Assembly: GCA_965644265.1 (NCBI GenBank)
Contig: OZ286463.1
Coordinates: forward strand, 105,152,001 to 105,216,000
Source: Glycera tridactyla
Lineage: Eukaryota
Length of the DNA: 64,000 nt
Direction of reading: 5' to 3'
This document shows positions 40,075 to 53,800 of this stretch, one piece after another; position 1 is the first letter of the stretch, and each line of letters starts with the position of its first letter. Below the pieces are notes generated by a model. The model did not search any database, was not told the DNA's origin, and saw only the letters and a program-made list of their open reading frames with translations. A program made the position numbers and the translations under genes.

Positions 40075-40353
40075 NNNNNNNNNNNNNNNNNNNNNNNNNN
40101 NNNNNNNNNNNNNNNNNNNNNNNNNNNNNNNNNNNNNNNNNNNNNNNNNNNNNNNNNNNNNNNNNNNNNNNNNNNNNNNNNNNNNNNNNNNNNNNNNNNN
40201 NNNNNNNNNNNNNNNNNNNNNNNNNNNNNNNNNNNNNNNNNNNNNNNNNNNNNNNNNNNNNNNNNNNNNNNNNNNNNNNNNNNNNNNNNNNNNNNNNNNN
40301 NNNNNNNNNNNNNNNNNNNNNNNNNNNNNNNNNNNNNNNNNNNNNNNNNNNNN
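40075..40353. other. Assembly gap (N run)
   Basis: Continuous Ns. Confidence 0.99.
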
Positions 40354-40522
40354 TTCTCCTCGAATTTTTAGATTTCTCGATAATTCAAGATGAAAAAGTC
40401 GACGGCTTCATCATACAAAGAGACAGTAATAAGATAGTTGCCTCAATATTTCTGAGTTCAGCTTTAGTGAATGTGGGTTGGTTAGGTAGTTGACACCTGA
40501 AATAGGCTAAAGAGGTGATTTT

Positions 40523-40604
40523 ACACACACACACACACACACACACATGTTCCGGGTCTCAGGTGATTGGTTGATTGATTGATTGATTGATTGATTGTTT
40601 GATT
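40523..40604. repeat. Adjacent (AC)n and (GATT)n microsatellites
   Basis: 40523-40547 and 40564-40604. Confidence 0.9.
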
Positions 40605-41900
40605 CACTGAAGATCAATGTTTTTTTTCAGCCAAGACTTGAACTCATGTGACCGAGAATAGACCTAATTCTCCAATACATTGTCTAGAACGTACTTGAGT
40701 TGTGACAAATTCAATCCGGTGTAATTTTACAGTTTTTTGGTCACTTGGTGCATTTGAATGCAAGCTAAGATGGTTTGTGAATCAGAATGACAGCAATGTA
40801 CTGAGAACAGCCTTTCCCTGGTGTATTCATGTTATATTATGGTGGCAACCTCACAGGCTTTGACAGTTTCTGAATGATACGATATGATGTAGTGATACCA
40901 GATGTATATGAGGCTCACAACCGCACTGAGAGCACCTGACCCTGCTTCCATCTCATGATTATGCGTATACTGTCATATTGAATACTCGCCCAGGAGCTTA
41001 TGTTATTCAATTTGACTCACATTGAACGTCACTAGAGATCACACAAACATTAGGCTCAGGTAAATCCATCTCCTCTATTGAGATGCGTGTGTAACTTTAT
41101 CTGTACTGAGAGCATTGAGTACCATGCAGACTTCTAATACGCAGAATTGTGTTTGATTGGTTGCTTTTGGTTTGGTCATCGTGTCAGCTTATGAGCTATA
41201 CTGTGACATCCGGGCAGTTGGCTGCCTCCTTGTTTATATATTTTCCCATCTGGACGTTTTAGATGTCGAAGAAGTGAGAAAGCGTGTGATTATTCAAGCC
41301 GCTCCCATATGAGGGTACGAGACAAAGGGTCGGATTTTATGGAATCCATGGTCACTCAATGTACTATTTCCAGCTATACGCTGTTGCAATAGGCCAGTCA
41401 CGAAATCTTTTTCATATATACTGACGAATAGAAAAAACCAGCTAGTATAGAGGTTCTACAATGTAGCGGCCCACTAATAGGACAGTGTGGTAACGACCCG
41501 ATTGCTGGAATACCAGGCTGAATGAATACATATCAGATATGCTTTTAGCAGCATGTCTCGACCTCCATTAGGACGGGTGATGAGGATCATATTGATATTC
41601 AGACTTTCTCCTATCATGTAATAACATTCATTAAGTAATGTTGATAAAAATAAGTTATTGACCTTCGGAGAACCAGACAAACCGTCCCTGCATGTATAGA
41701 TATACACAAGATATTTCCCATCATTAAGGATGTTGAATTTGTTGAAAGCTACCTATTTCTGCTTCTGCTGTCACTGCTGTAATAAAACATGTGTGGCTGA
41801 CTGCCATGAACAGGATATATTAGTTCCTACTCCTGCGTCCCTGAAGGGACAGTCACAAAATATTGAAGAGCGGTCTCAGGGTGTCTTGTGATTTCTATTA

Positions 41901-42591
41901 TGGTGCCTTTACACTAACGCGGTCGGGAGCCGAATTCGCGACGAATACCTCACCATTGGTCTGCGGCAGATTGGCGACGGCCTTTCAAGTAAAATCGGCT
42001 CAGTGTAAGAGCAAAACTACCGACACGGTTTGGAGAAGGAAAACTGCATCATATAACACTGGCTGTCAGCTGTCTACTACAAGCAGCACCACCACCACCC
42101 CCACCACCCTCCCCACTCCCATCCTGTATGAAAGCCGTGTCAGTCCGTCTCTCAGCCTTACGCAAATGCGTCAGTCTGTGTCATATACTTGTGCAATATG
42201 CATCATTCTGCCTCATTCTGTGTCAGACCATGGCAGATATGTGTCCAATCTGCCTCTATCTGCCTCATTCTGCGTCATTACGTGACTAAGTCTGCTTCAA
42301 ACCTTCTGAAAACTATGGCGAAACTGCCGCGGTTTTATCGCAGAAAGAGGCATATTGCAGCCGGTCTGACACAGATTCATCACGGCTGGGAGACAGATAA
42401 CTTTTCCGTGTCCCAGATTTTGAGACCTCCTAAAATCTTAGAACAGGAAAAATTGATACTCACGGTCTGTCAAAGACTGACACGGTCTGACATAATCTGA
42501 CGCAGATTGGAGACGATTTTACCGCCGATCTGACGCAGAAAGCTAATCGTGTCCCGACCGTGTGTAAAACCGCGTTAGTGTAAAGGCAGCA
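41901..42591. mobile_element. 691-bp MITE, PIF/Harbinger type
   Basis: 23-bp TIRs TGGTGCCTTTACACTAACGCGGT / ACCGCGTTAGTGTAAAGGCAGCA (1 mismatch); TTA on both flanks (41898-41900, 42592-42594); subterminal CGGTCGGGA mirrored; no transposase ORF. Confidence 0.88.
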
Positions 42592-44792
42592 TTACCTGAC
42601 TCTAGAAATGCTACTGTACCATCAGTTAAACCATAGACAGTTTGAAGATCAGTAAATCAGAGATCAACTAGTAACCACACATTGGAATTGTGTGCTTTTC
42701 CAATGTATAATTGAATGCAATCAGAGGTCCTTCTGTCAAATTGTTCATGAAGATCCATCTGGAATCTCATGTTTCTGAGTGACAGCGCTTCCAAGATTGG
42801 AAAAGGACTTGCATACATATATACACTTAAATTTACAGATTCATACCCATAGGCATATACATTACTAAATAGACACATACATGCATGGATTTAGTCGTTT
42901 CCCATTTCAGCAGCGTGAACACTTCTTGGAATTCGATGCAGTTTGATCATCCACACATTTTTTGTGGATTTCAATTTGGCATAGATTTCCCTACAGGTTG
43001 GGAGAATTGATGCTTTGAAATTGAAACACTTCGCCGCTATCCAAATGTAATGTTCCAAGGGCTTCGAGGCTTCATGGCATCTCATTGAGGGTAGTACCGA
43101 CTATCGGTGACACAGACATACATCACCCTCCAATCAACATTTCCAAATATATAATCCGTCGTGATACCCAAGCAAATACGCAATTACCGGTGCCAAAGAA
43201 AAACAGTATCTGATGCCTGATGCAACCCCATCGTTCTTTTGCGATTTCACACCAGCTGATTGGTACCAAGTGAGGCATATGAGTATCATATTTTTAACAG
43301 ATCATAATCCGAACTCAGTTAAATGTCAATCTATATAAGAATGGCTGCTGTGTCTTCATGACAAATTCGAACTTATTGATATCTCTTTGTATTTGATCAT
43401 TCCGACTTTTGCGAATCCAGCATTGACACGGTCTGAGGGCTGATTTACATGGAGGTCTTTCGGTCTTTTCGAACGGGTCAGGAGAAGACAGAATGTACCG
43501 ACTGAAAGTGGTGAGTGAATGAAATCGTACGGCATTTATCTAGGCCAAACTGGAACTATAGCTGATTACCCGAACACAAAATGCGTATCTCGCACATGAG
43601 AAACTAGTGTAGATTGCAGATGATTTTGTGAAGCGGTATTCCTCAGGATTAAGCAAGTGGGGGGTCATCCAAGGTGATTGAGAAGTTGGGATTTTCTGGG
43701 ATTAGGAGCAAGAGGGAGGGGAGGTTGGGTCGGGAGTAGCATATAGGTCAGGCGCAATTGGCCCTTCAGCTTTCATCATCTGGCTCTCATTATACTAAAT
43801 GATCCCGTGTAGCTAACATCAGAGCAGCATAGGTTTGACAGCCCACTTCTTTGAGTTATTGGATTTCAGTGGTGCAGCGACCCTGCTGATCATAATCTTG
43901 GAGCCATATAATCTTTGAGCAATTTCGCTTCACCTTAGGTGACTGCGATGTACAGTGTGCTCGTACTGTCAAGAAAACGTGCTTGTGCACAGCCGTATGA
44001 TCTTACAACAGAATGCTCAGGCCCCGAGAGATCATACATGACTTATCACTGTCGTTGATACATGAGACCTGTATTATTATGAGAATAACCTATGCAGTAG
44101 CATAGTATCTATATACTAGATTAGTCTCATATTCTTTTCAATTACTAGTCCTTGTTCTAATGCGGGAAACACCGTTGAGTGTCTCGCATGATATAGTACT
44201 AGATATATTGAAACAAACAAACAGTTTGAGTGCCCTATCTTTTGCATATATGTTCTCATATTACCCATTTTCCCACACAAGGAAGATATCATTTGTCTAT
44301 TCAGACGAGAGATGTATGATGTTATAGATACCGATCGAGTGGGTCCATAATTATTGCGGCATTAATAAGATATTTATGAGTGCAGCGCATCATTGGATAA
44401 GGGTTTCGTGGCTGGAAAGTGTGGTCAATGGCTTGAGGCAGGAAACTGATTCAGTGTAAGAATCTTATATCAACGGCGATATTTTTCACCTTTGATTGGA
44501 AAACACCGCGTCTGTAAATCGTCGATATGGGGTGGTCTGGAAACTGGTCACAGCAGAGAATCCCTGGAATAGTCATACTGCTGTTTTCGAGTAATCAAAG
44601 TATCCATCGGCTAAAATTTGATATAGAGTGTTTTAATAGAGACACTTCAGATATAATAGGAGAAAGGTTCATGTTACGGAAAAGGTCCTATAAGTAAATA
44701 TCTTCCCACCAAGAAATCCCGATCATTTAACTGTACCGCTATAGTGATTACTTCCTTATTCATTATCTATAATGGCACTGCGATCACTACTG

Positions 44793-44794
<2 letters not shown>

Positions 44795-44833
<39 letters not shown>

Positions 44834-44844
44834 GCTACTACTAC
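44795..44844. repeat. (ACT)n microsatellite
   Basis: Direct reading. Confidence 0.95.
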
Positions 44845-47800
44845 AGGTTGTTTATTTGGATTGCCAAAATGGACCACCACCGATTGCCTTTCTTAGTGTG
44901 CAAATGGGAGATATCCTCAAAATTGAATGGTTGGTTTTCCAAACTCAGAAATGTCCTTTGCTACGCTGGTATGAATGTTGGACACATGCAATATATAGAT
45001 TGACGCTAAATTAGCATGGATCCACGGAATCAGGTATATAAATATATGAATCATGCACTTGAGTGACATTATGATGTGACAATCGTAACATTGAGGAGCA
45101 TTCCTACAGGAGACATTCATATGACAAATGATGCCAACATCTCTCATCAACTGAAGCAGGTTTATACAGGTTATATTTGCCATCATAGCAATGTATTGTA
45201 TGACGGATGAAGTATTTCCATATACTTCTTACTGAGAATTGGTGACATCTATTGTAAGCTGTGAGATATACACAAGGTCAGCCAGCTCGCTACCAAGTGC
45301 CATATGACATATATGATGCAACAAGATGAGAAACTTAGAAATGCTCCAAACTAGATATCAGGTGTAGTCAGCAATCTCGTAGGTCATGATATATGACCGA
45401 TGTATGCTCAATCCTTGAATGATGAAGATTGCATAATCTCTCGACCTGAGGTGGCTCCCAGACTCGTCAATGGAGGCATTGTTTAGGAGATGTATACGGT
45501 ATATTTGAAAATAGGATTGATCTTCACAAATATCCTTAGGTTTAAAGTGAGATATTTTGCATGCGGTTTCGGTCCTGGTGATATGGACTAAATATGTTTC
45601 AACAGATCGCATCATGTTTGAAACATTACTGAAACTCTTGCCATATATAGTAGCCACGAAGAGGAATTGATCTCGACGAAATGACCTCCATCCATCAAAG
45701 TCCTTGCTTCGGAGATACTCACTGGGGTCATGGGAAAACACGTTGAATTACTTCCGCATGATTCCAGACACCCTATAATTCTGGTAGAAAGGATCTGCCT
45801 AGTCCGAGATCAGGGAACCAATCAATTCAGATTAAGCGCTATAATACGAACAGTCTACATAATCACATTGCCTGCTACCTTATCCGCAATGTTATCTTCG
45901 AGTGATTTCATGTCATGTCAAACCATACCATATCCTATCATGATTGACAGTGGAAGATTTTTAATATCTTCGTGCCTTGGGATATTCGCAATATGTGCGA
46001 TTTCCACGGTTTAGTGACGGTTGATCATTGGATTGACAGATCACAGAAGATATTTGCATGAGGAACTAATAAGTGATGCTGGCCAGTCTGAACTTGGGAG
46101 ATTCCTCCATGGATGGAGAGATAAAATGATCATCTTGAAATTAGCGATCAGGCCTTACACCAGGACGAGATATGACTCAATGTGTGAAATACTCATGCAT
46201 TTCCAACCAAGCAACACCATATAATTTGATATAATTAACTTAGCCCGAATGCCGGAGGTGTACATTCACACGGCATACATCTATATATTCCGCAAATAGT
46301 AGAATACCGAGTATAGAATATATATAGTCAGAATATTTCATGACTACGAAAGTCGGGGTCTCCACTCATTATCTCCATGTTGAAGAATAACAACTTTCAA
46401 AAATGTTCCTCTCACAAAGGGATTATAAATGAGGGAGGTATTGGAATCATAATTTGAGCCATATTCTGGAAACATGCAACTGATCTCACATTTTCAAATA
46501 AGCTGAAATTTTAAAATGTGTTGAATACATCGGCCAAACTTAAATGCGGACTGGTCCATGGTCTCTTTGTAATTTTCTGATTGGGTTCAACGCCTCGTCG
46601 CCCTCACTGAATTAGAATGGGCTGGAAATACAGGCAGGAAAAATACCACTACCGAGGACAATCTCGTACTCTTTATAAACAAGTGCAATAGCTCTTCTCC
46701 GTCAATGCAGTAACCCACTCTAATGCACATTCATGTCAATAATCAAATTTATTCATCAATCACGTTTTAGGAACTGTATGTCATATTCAAAAACATCGTA
46801 ATACTATACACGATAGGCATGTGCAAACCAGTGGGTTCGCCGTTTTCCAAAAGATGTGAGAAAGCATGAGATCAGTAAATCCTCTCCTCGAATCCTTCCA
46901 CCTCTATTTACTGCATTTACAGTGAATTTCACTTTCACTCCAGATCCGATACGATATAAGTCGACATATTTTGTTCATCTATATGCTAGGATTGATCAAT
47001 ATTAGGACAATTCATTTTGGATTACCATCTTGATTGGCCTTGGGTAGTTTGAGCCGCTTCATAACCTGCAGCATTGCCGGGGTCCCAGCTTAACAGGAAA
47101 GCCAGAGATGACACATTGATTCAGCTTTCCTTGTGATGCCGGGAGAAATGATTGAAAATTTAGAGGCGACGTCCTCGGTATAGTCGAAATATCGTTTCCC
47201 CTCTGGTAAGCTACGGTAGTAGGCCTAAGATTTGGATCCATCAGTGAAGATGATTGGAATATCATTCAATACCCATGTATTTACTTTCATATACAGGGAA
47301 TAGTGGCGTCCTTTAGTGAGTGTGCTTTTTTCCAGATGTATCGGATATATGCCACATTCCAAGTGTGTCAACTGTACTGGATCCCCCTCACCTGCTCAAA
47401 GTCTTCATGTGGGAGCCCCACCCCATTTAAATGCTAAGAGATTAGTAATACATCGGTACCATGGCTGACGTAGATAACGCAAAAGTACTGGTCCTGGCTC
47501 GGTATTATTCATTGTTTTACCATACATGTACTTCCACCGAGACATGCGATATGAATCCTGTGTGGGTTGAGCTTACCATTTGCGGGATGAGAGGGGATTC
47601 AAGTGTCAATTTACATGGCTGGGTGTTGTAATAATAGGATCAGCTCCGTGGTTGAGCAGGCTAACTTTTGTTTACCATCTCCCGGAACTCCACGACACGT
47701 TTATACTGACGTGGCTAATTCTCATCCGTTGTTGACACTCGGATCTGCCACCTCGGCAGCTTGAATGACAGGTTGCTTGGTGGTGTGTCAACATCAGTTT

Positions 47801-48485
47801 TGCGGCACTCCAAGTGCCCATCCCACGTAAGTCATCGGAGTGATGGTCCAATTAAACTGGCTGAACAGCGTACACGCTGCATACAAGCCCCACGAATACA
47901 TCCGCAGATTAACACCCACGCAATCACACCCATACACACGCGCTCACATGCAGAATCACAAGCACATCTCCACACGAAATCGCTGCTGCTTCTGCTGTGT
48001 CTACTACTGCCACTATTACTAGATGAGATCTCGATTTTGATGGCATGGAGTGGCACTCTTGATGGTGGTTGTGCAGTAGGTATAGTCATTATCATACATA
48101 GTATTTCCTGGGAAATGTAATTTCGGGAATGCTTTCAAAAGTAGTGTTGGCGTCATCTCCTATAACGTCAGATGGCGGGTGATAGGTCCTCTTGAAGAGT
48201 GGGCTTTCCTGAAATTAGTAACTTCCCATGTCGCCACCAGATGGCAACTAGAACTTGTAATTTCTTGAGCCATGATTTCTCTCGAAAAAATTTCTCTTCA
48301 GATAAATATATTTTTGAGAAACGCCTATGAAGTATGGTTGTTTCAATCATCGTCATCTATTATTTGCAGATCTTATGTAAAATGTTTTATCGTTATTGTT
48401 ATAGGTTTGCTTTGAGTTAGAGGGCGCCCTCCAGCCACTACATAAGGACCCTCAACGTGGATCTCGGTCCACTTTCAGTCCAGTC

Positions 48486-50077
48486 GACACCCACCTCCAT
48501 CCCCTATCTCCTCCGATCTGTTGGTTAAGACACCCACCTCCATCCCCTATCTCCTCCGATCTGTTGGTTAAGACACCCACCTCCATCCCTTATCTCCTCC
48601 GATCTGTTGGTTAAGACACCCACCTCCATCCCTTATCTCCTCCGATCTGTTGGTTAAGACACCCACCTCCATCCCTTATCTCCTCCGATCTGTTGGTTAA
48701 GACACCCACCTCCATCCCCTATCTCCTCCGATCTGTTGGTTAAGACACCCACCTCCATCCCCTATCTCCTCCGATCTGTTGGTTAAGACACCCACCTCCA
48801 TCCCTTATCTCCTCCGATCTGTTGGTTAAGACACCCACCTCCATCCCCTATCTCCTCCGATCTGTTGGTTAAGACACCCACCTCCATCCCCTATCTCCTC
48901 CGATCTGTTGGTTAAGACACCCACCTCCATCCCCTATCTCCTCCGATCTGTTGGTTAAGACACCCACCTCCATCCCTTATCTCCTCCGATCTGTTGGTTA
49001 AGACACCCACCTCCATCCCCTATCTCCTCCGATCTGTTGGTTAAGACACCCACCTCCATCCCCTATCTCCTCCGATCTGTTGGTTAAGACACCCACCTCC
49101 ATCCCTTATCTCCTCCGATCTGTTGGTTAAGACACCCACCTCCATCCCCTATCTCCTCCGATCTGTTGGTTAAGACACCCACCTCCATCCCCTATCTCCT
49201 CCGATCTGTTGGTTAAGACACCCACCTCCATCCCCTATCTCCTCCGATCTGTTGGTTAAGACACCCACCTCCATCCCTTATCTCCTCCGATCTGTTGGTT
49301 AAGACACCCACCTCCATCCCCTATCTCCTCCGATCTGTTGGTTAAGACACCCACCTCCATCCCCTATCTCCTCCGATCTGTTGGTTAAGACACCCACCTC
49401 CATCCCCTATCTCCTCCGATCTGTTGGTTAAGACACCCACCTCCATCCCCTATCTCCTCCGATCTGTTGGTTAAGACACCCACCTCCATCCCCTATCTCC
49501 TCCGATCTGTTGGTTAAGACACCCACCTCCATCCCCTATCTCCTCCGATCTGTTGGTTAAGACACCCACCTCCATCCCCTATCTCCTCCGATCTGTTGGT
49601 TAAGACACCCACCTCCATCCCCTATCTCCTCCGATCTGTTGGTTAAGACACCCACCTCCATCCCCTATCTCCTCCGATCTGTTGGTTAAGACACCCACCT
49701 CCATTCCCTATCTCCTCCGATCTGTTGGTTAAGACACCCACCTCCATCCCTTATCTCCTCCGATCTGTTGGTTAAGACACCCACCTCCATCCCCTATCTC
49801 CTCCGATCTGTTGGTTAAGACACCCACCTCCATCCCCTATCTCCTCCGATCTGTTGGTTAAGACACCCACCTCCATCCCTTATCTCCTCCGATCTGTTGG
49901 TTAAGACACCCACCTCCATCCCCTATCTCCTCCGATCTGTTGGTTAAGACACCCACCTCCATCCCCTATCTCCTCCGATCTGTTGGTTAAGACACCCACC
50001 TCCATCCCCTATCTCCTCCGATCTGTTGGTTAAGACACCCACCTCCATCCCCTATCTCCTCCGATCTGTTGGTTAAG
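48486..50077. repeat. Tandem array of 37 x 43-bp units (GACACCCACCTCCATCCC[C/T]TATCTCCTCCGATCTGTTGGTTAA)
   Basis: Period 43 counted directly; units identical except one C/T site and one private substitution. Confidence 0.98.
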
Positions 50078-50596
50078 TTACCTGGAGCCCGAGCAAGGCG
50101 TCTCGTGTTCAGAAGCTGCTACATCTGCTCAACCTCATGTAATGCCGTGTGGGGCATTCAGCTTTATTATATTCACCGTTTATTGTCAACTACTCTCTTA
50201 TCCATTTCCTCTGCAGAGGCCGGGATTCGGGGGGGGGGGGGGGGGGTCAATAAAAGTTATGTTTCGTGTCTCAGTTTTTCCTTGTTCACGTGTGCTTCAT
50301 ACAGGGTTTTTAATCTTAAGCATATTTGTCGCACTGAGCTTATCGTATGTTTAGGATGGGTTCATTAATCAGCTCTTCCGTCCTAAGCAACCTACAGTGC
50401 TCAGGATGGGTCTTTGTTGAAGAACATTTCTGCTTAGTGAAAATTTCGAGTTGATCAATTGGCGATGCTTAGGCATCTGCTTCAGGCTTTATAGCCCTGG
50501 TTTGTGGCCTATTGGCACTCTCTGGCTTAAGATCTAAATTCCGGTCTGGAACTGTTTCCATCCGGCTTCTTCTTTTCTATGAACTTTCAGAAAGAT

Positions 50597-50674
50597 CACT
50601 AGTACAACTGATACTACCGACACTATTACAACTATTACAACAGTAACGACAACATGAAGAACAACAACAAATAT

Positions 50675-50707
<33 letters not shown>

Positions 50708-50888
50708 AACTACTACTACTTCTACTACAGCTACTGGCACTACTACTACAACTAACACTACTACAATTACTGATCCGACTGCTACTTCTACGACTACAAC
50801 TACTTCTAATCTTATCACTCCTACTACAACTACAGCTACTACAACAACTACTACTACTACTATTACTACTACTACTACTACTACTACT
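50597..50888. repeat. (ACT)n microsatellite, degenerate leftwards; 5' flank of the second LINE
   Basis: Direct reading. Confidence 0.95.
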
Positions 50889-53800
50889 GGTGTCGAATGA
50901 ACTCACACAACTATACTCAGTGCTAAGAATAGATGACGACCTCGAAGGGGTGATAGCCTTGAGACTACGTCACAAACTTTCTAGTATCTCTATCGTGGTA
51001 ATAGGTGTGTACTTGCCGCCAGAAAATAGTGTATATGCATGTGATGTAGATAGCACTCTTGAACTGCTAACCAGCCTTATCTATGAATGTGCCCAAAACG
51101 ACCTGATAGCAGTTTGTGGTGATCTGAATGCCCGGTTGGGATGTAAGAATGATTATATTGATGTTATTGATGATGTGGGACCGAGAGTGGTGGTAGACAA
51201 CTGTCACAAAGACCAGGGTATAGCTCTTGTCCATTTCCTTTTGCAAACAAAAATGTGTGTGGTAAATGGCAGGGTGATCCCAGACAGCAGTAACTTCACC
51301 TCTATAAGCCACAAAGGATCTGCGGTGGTTGATTATTTTATTGTTCCGCATGATACAATGTGCTCGCATGTCGTTGACTTTAAGGTGATCTCATGTAGCG
51401 AACTGACAGAAAGCTTGGGGGTGCAGCAGGCTGGGCGATTATCAGATCATAGCGTCCTCATACTTGGTCTGCAGGTGAGAACACCATCCGGCGGGAGTGC
51501 AGGTTCAGCCAATGATGGTGACTTACCCCCAGATGTCTTCAATATTAGTTTCAGGGAACATGAGCAAACACCGCCCAACACGCAGACACAGGCAACAGCA
51601 CACATATCTCATGTTAATAGAAGATTACAACAGCCACCTATGAGGTTTCGATGAAAACCACTCCCTCCGAGTTTCCCGGAAAGCCATGCCATATGTAACT
51701 CCCTATTGAGAGAAATTGAGGAGCTTCTTGTATATAGAGCGAACCAAGAAAGCATAGACAAGGCATATGAGCTGTTTATTGAGAGCTACAATAGGGAATT
51801 GCAGGATCATTGGAAGTTAATAAAAGATACACCCACTAGCAAGAGATTGGCAAAGCACAAACCGTCCCCTTACTGGAACTCAGACCTAGATAGCTTGTGG
51901 AAAGACATGCATAGTAAGGACGGGCTATACCTGAAGGGCAAGAAATTGAGAACCTGCTCGCATGGGCTGAGGCAGGATTTTCTGATGGCACAAGCTGTCT
52001 TTGATAAAGCTCTTAAAAAAGCAAAAAGGAGCCATGATAGAGCACAGATCTACAATCTTGAAAAAACCAACAACGAAAACCCAGTGGAATTCTGGAAGAC
52101 AATCAGCTCTATGGGTCCCAGAAAAACAGTCAAACCTCCATGGGAGATATATGACTCAAATGGAAACATTTCAACAAACAGATCTGAAGTGCTTGACAAG
52201 TGGAAATCTGATTTCCAAGGCCTACTAACGCCGACTGAAAGCCAAAACACTGACCAACTTGTATTTGAAAGTGATATAATACGAGAAAACGCTGAAACCG
52301 AACAGAAAATAAATGCCAATAATGCGGCAAACCCGCTGATAAATCATGATTTTACCTTCGAGGAAATTCAGAAAAAAGTTAACAAAGCCAAACAAGGCAA
52401 GGCGGTTGGTGTAGACAGCATTTCTGCAGAAGCCTTGAGAAATGCCACCTCTATAACATTTTTGACTGACTTGTTTAATGTATGTTTGCGCAGCAGGCTA
52501 GTCCCTACTATGTGATCCTATGGCATTATAAATCCCATCCCAGAAAGCAGCACGGCAGACCCCAGAGTACCACTGAAGTACAGGGGAATCAGTCTATTAC
52601 CGGTGGTCAGCAAGCTGTACACTGCCTCTATTTCAGCAAGCTTGTCGAAGGTCTTGGAGAATGAACACAATTTATCTAACGAGCAAAATGGCTTCCGTCC
52701 AAAAAGATCATGCCTGGACCACGTATATACCCTATCCAGCATTTGTAGAGCCAGACAGGATGTTAAGCAGGAAACTTTCCTAACATTTATCGACTTCTCC
52801 AAGGCCTTCGACTATGTCTCTCATAATATGCTATTTTCCAAGCTTCTGAAGAAACACATCACAGGTGACATTTATCATGCAATAAAAGCCATATATCAAC
52901 AACCAAACAGCAGTGTGCAGCTTGATGGTCACCTGTTAGACTGGTTCCCCATCACATGTGGGGTAGGGCAGGGAGACTCCCTAAGCCCTCTTCTGTTCGC
53001 CACGTTCATGGACGATTTAGTACCCAGCATGAATGATTATGGAGCTGGTATACATGTCGGGGGTCTGCAAATTTTGATGTTGTTGTACGCAGATGATATT
53101 GTTTTAATGTCAGATAATGTTCATAACGCCCAGAAGCAACTTGATGTCATGTCTGGTTGGTGTAGGAAGTGGAGGATGGCAATTAATGCCAAGAAATCCC
53201 AGGTTATCCATGTAGGAAACCATCAGCGACCACTGTGCTCTACACCCTCACGCTGCTGTGATCAGGAACTTGAATTTGTACACAACTACAAGTACCTTGG
53301 CATCCTTATAAACGAGCATATGTCTTTCAAACCAACAGCCAATGCACTGGCAGCCGCAGCGTCTAGATCATTTGGCAGAATTGTGTCAATCTTCAAGAAA
53401 CTAAATAACATGGGGGTGAACACCTTCAACACCCTATACGACACCTATGTTGTATCTATTTTGAATTATGCGGCCGGAGTATGGGGTCACAAAGATTTTA
53501 ACGATGCCAGGGTACTGCAGAACCGCATTGCTCGCTTTTATTTGGGAGTTCACAAGTTCACCCCTGTAGCCAGTTGCCATATCGAAATGGACTGGCTAGA
53601 TATTCAATACAGAAGATGGGTAGAGTTAGGGAGACTATATAACAAGATAGCCAAAATGGACAGCCACCGTCTTCCATCCATTGTATTTAAATGGGAGCTG
53701 TCATTGAAGTTGAATGGCTAGGTGGAGGAGCTCAGAAGTGTTCTGAATTATGCAAATATGAATGTAGACTTTGAAAACTTATGTACCATAGATCTGGATG

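Noticed and set aside
26550-46620. Further DNA-transposon-like interiors near 26.6, 31.2-31.5, 44.6 and 46.3-46.6 kb
   Set aside because: Paired termini and TSDs could not be defined by eye
48486-50077. Possible CRISPR array or coding repeat
   Set aside because: Units are contiguous with no unique spacers, there are no cas genes, the context is eukaryotic, and period 43 is not a multiple of 3
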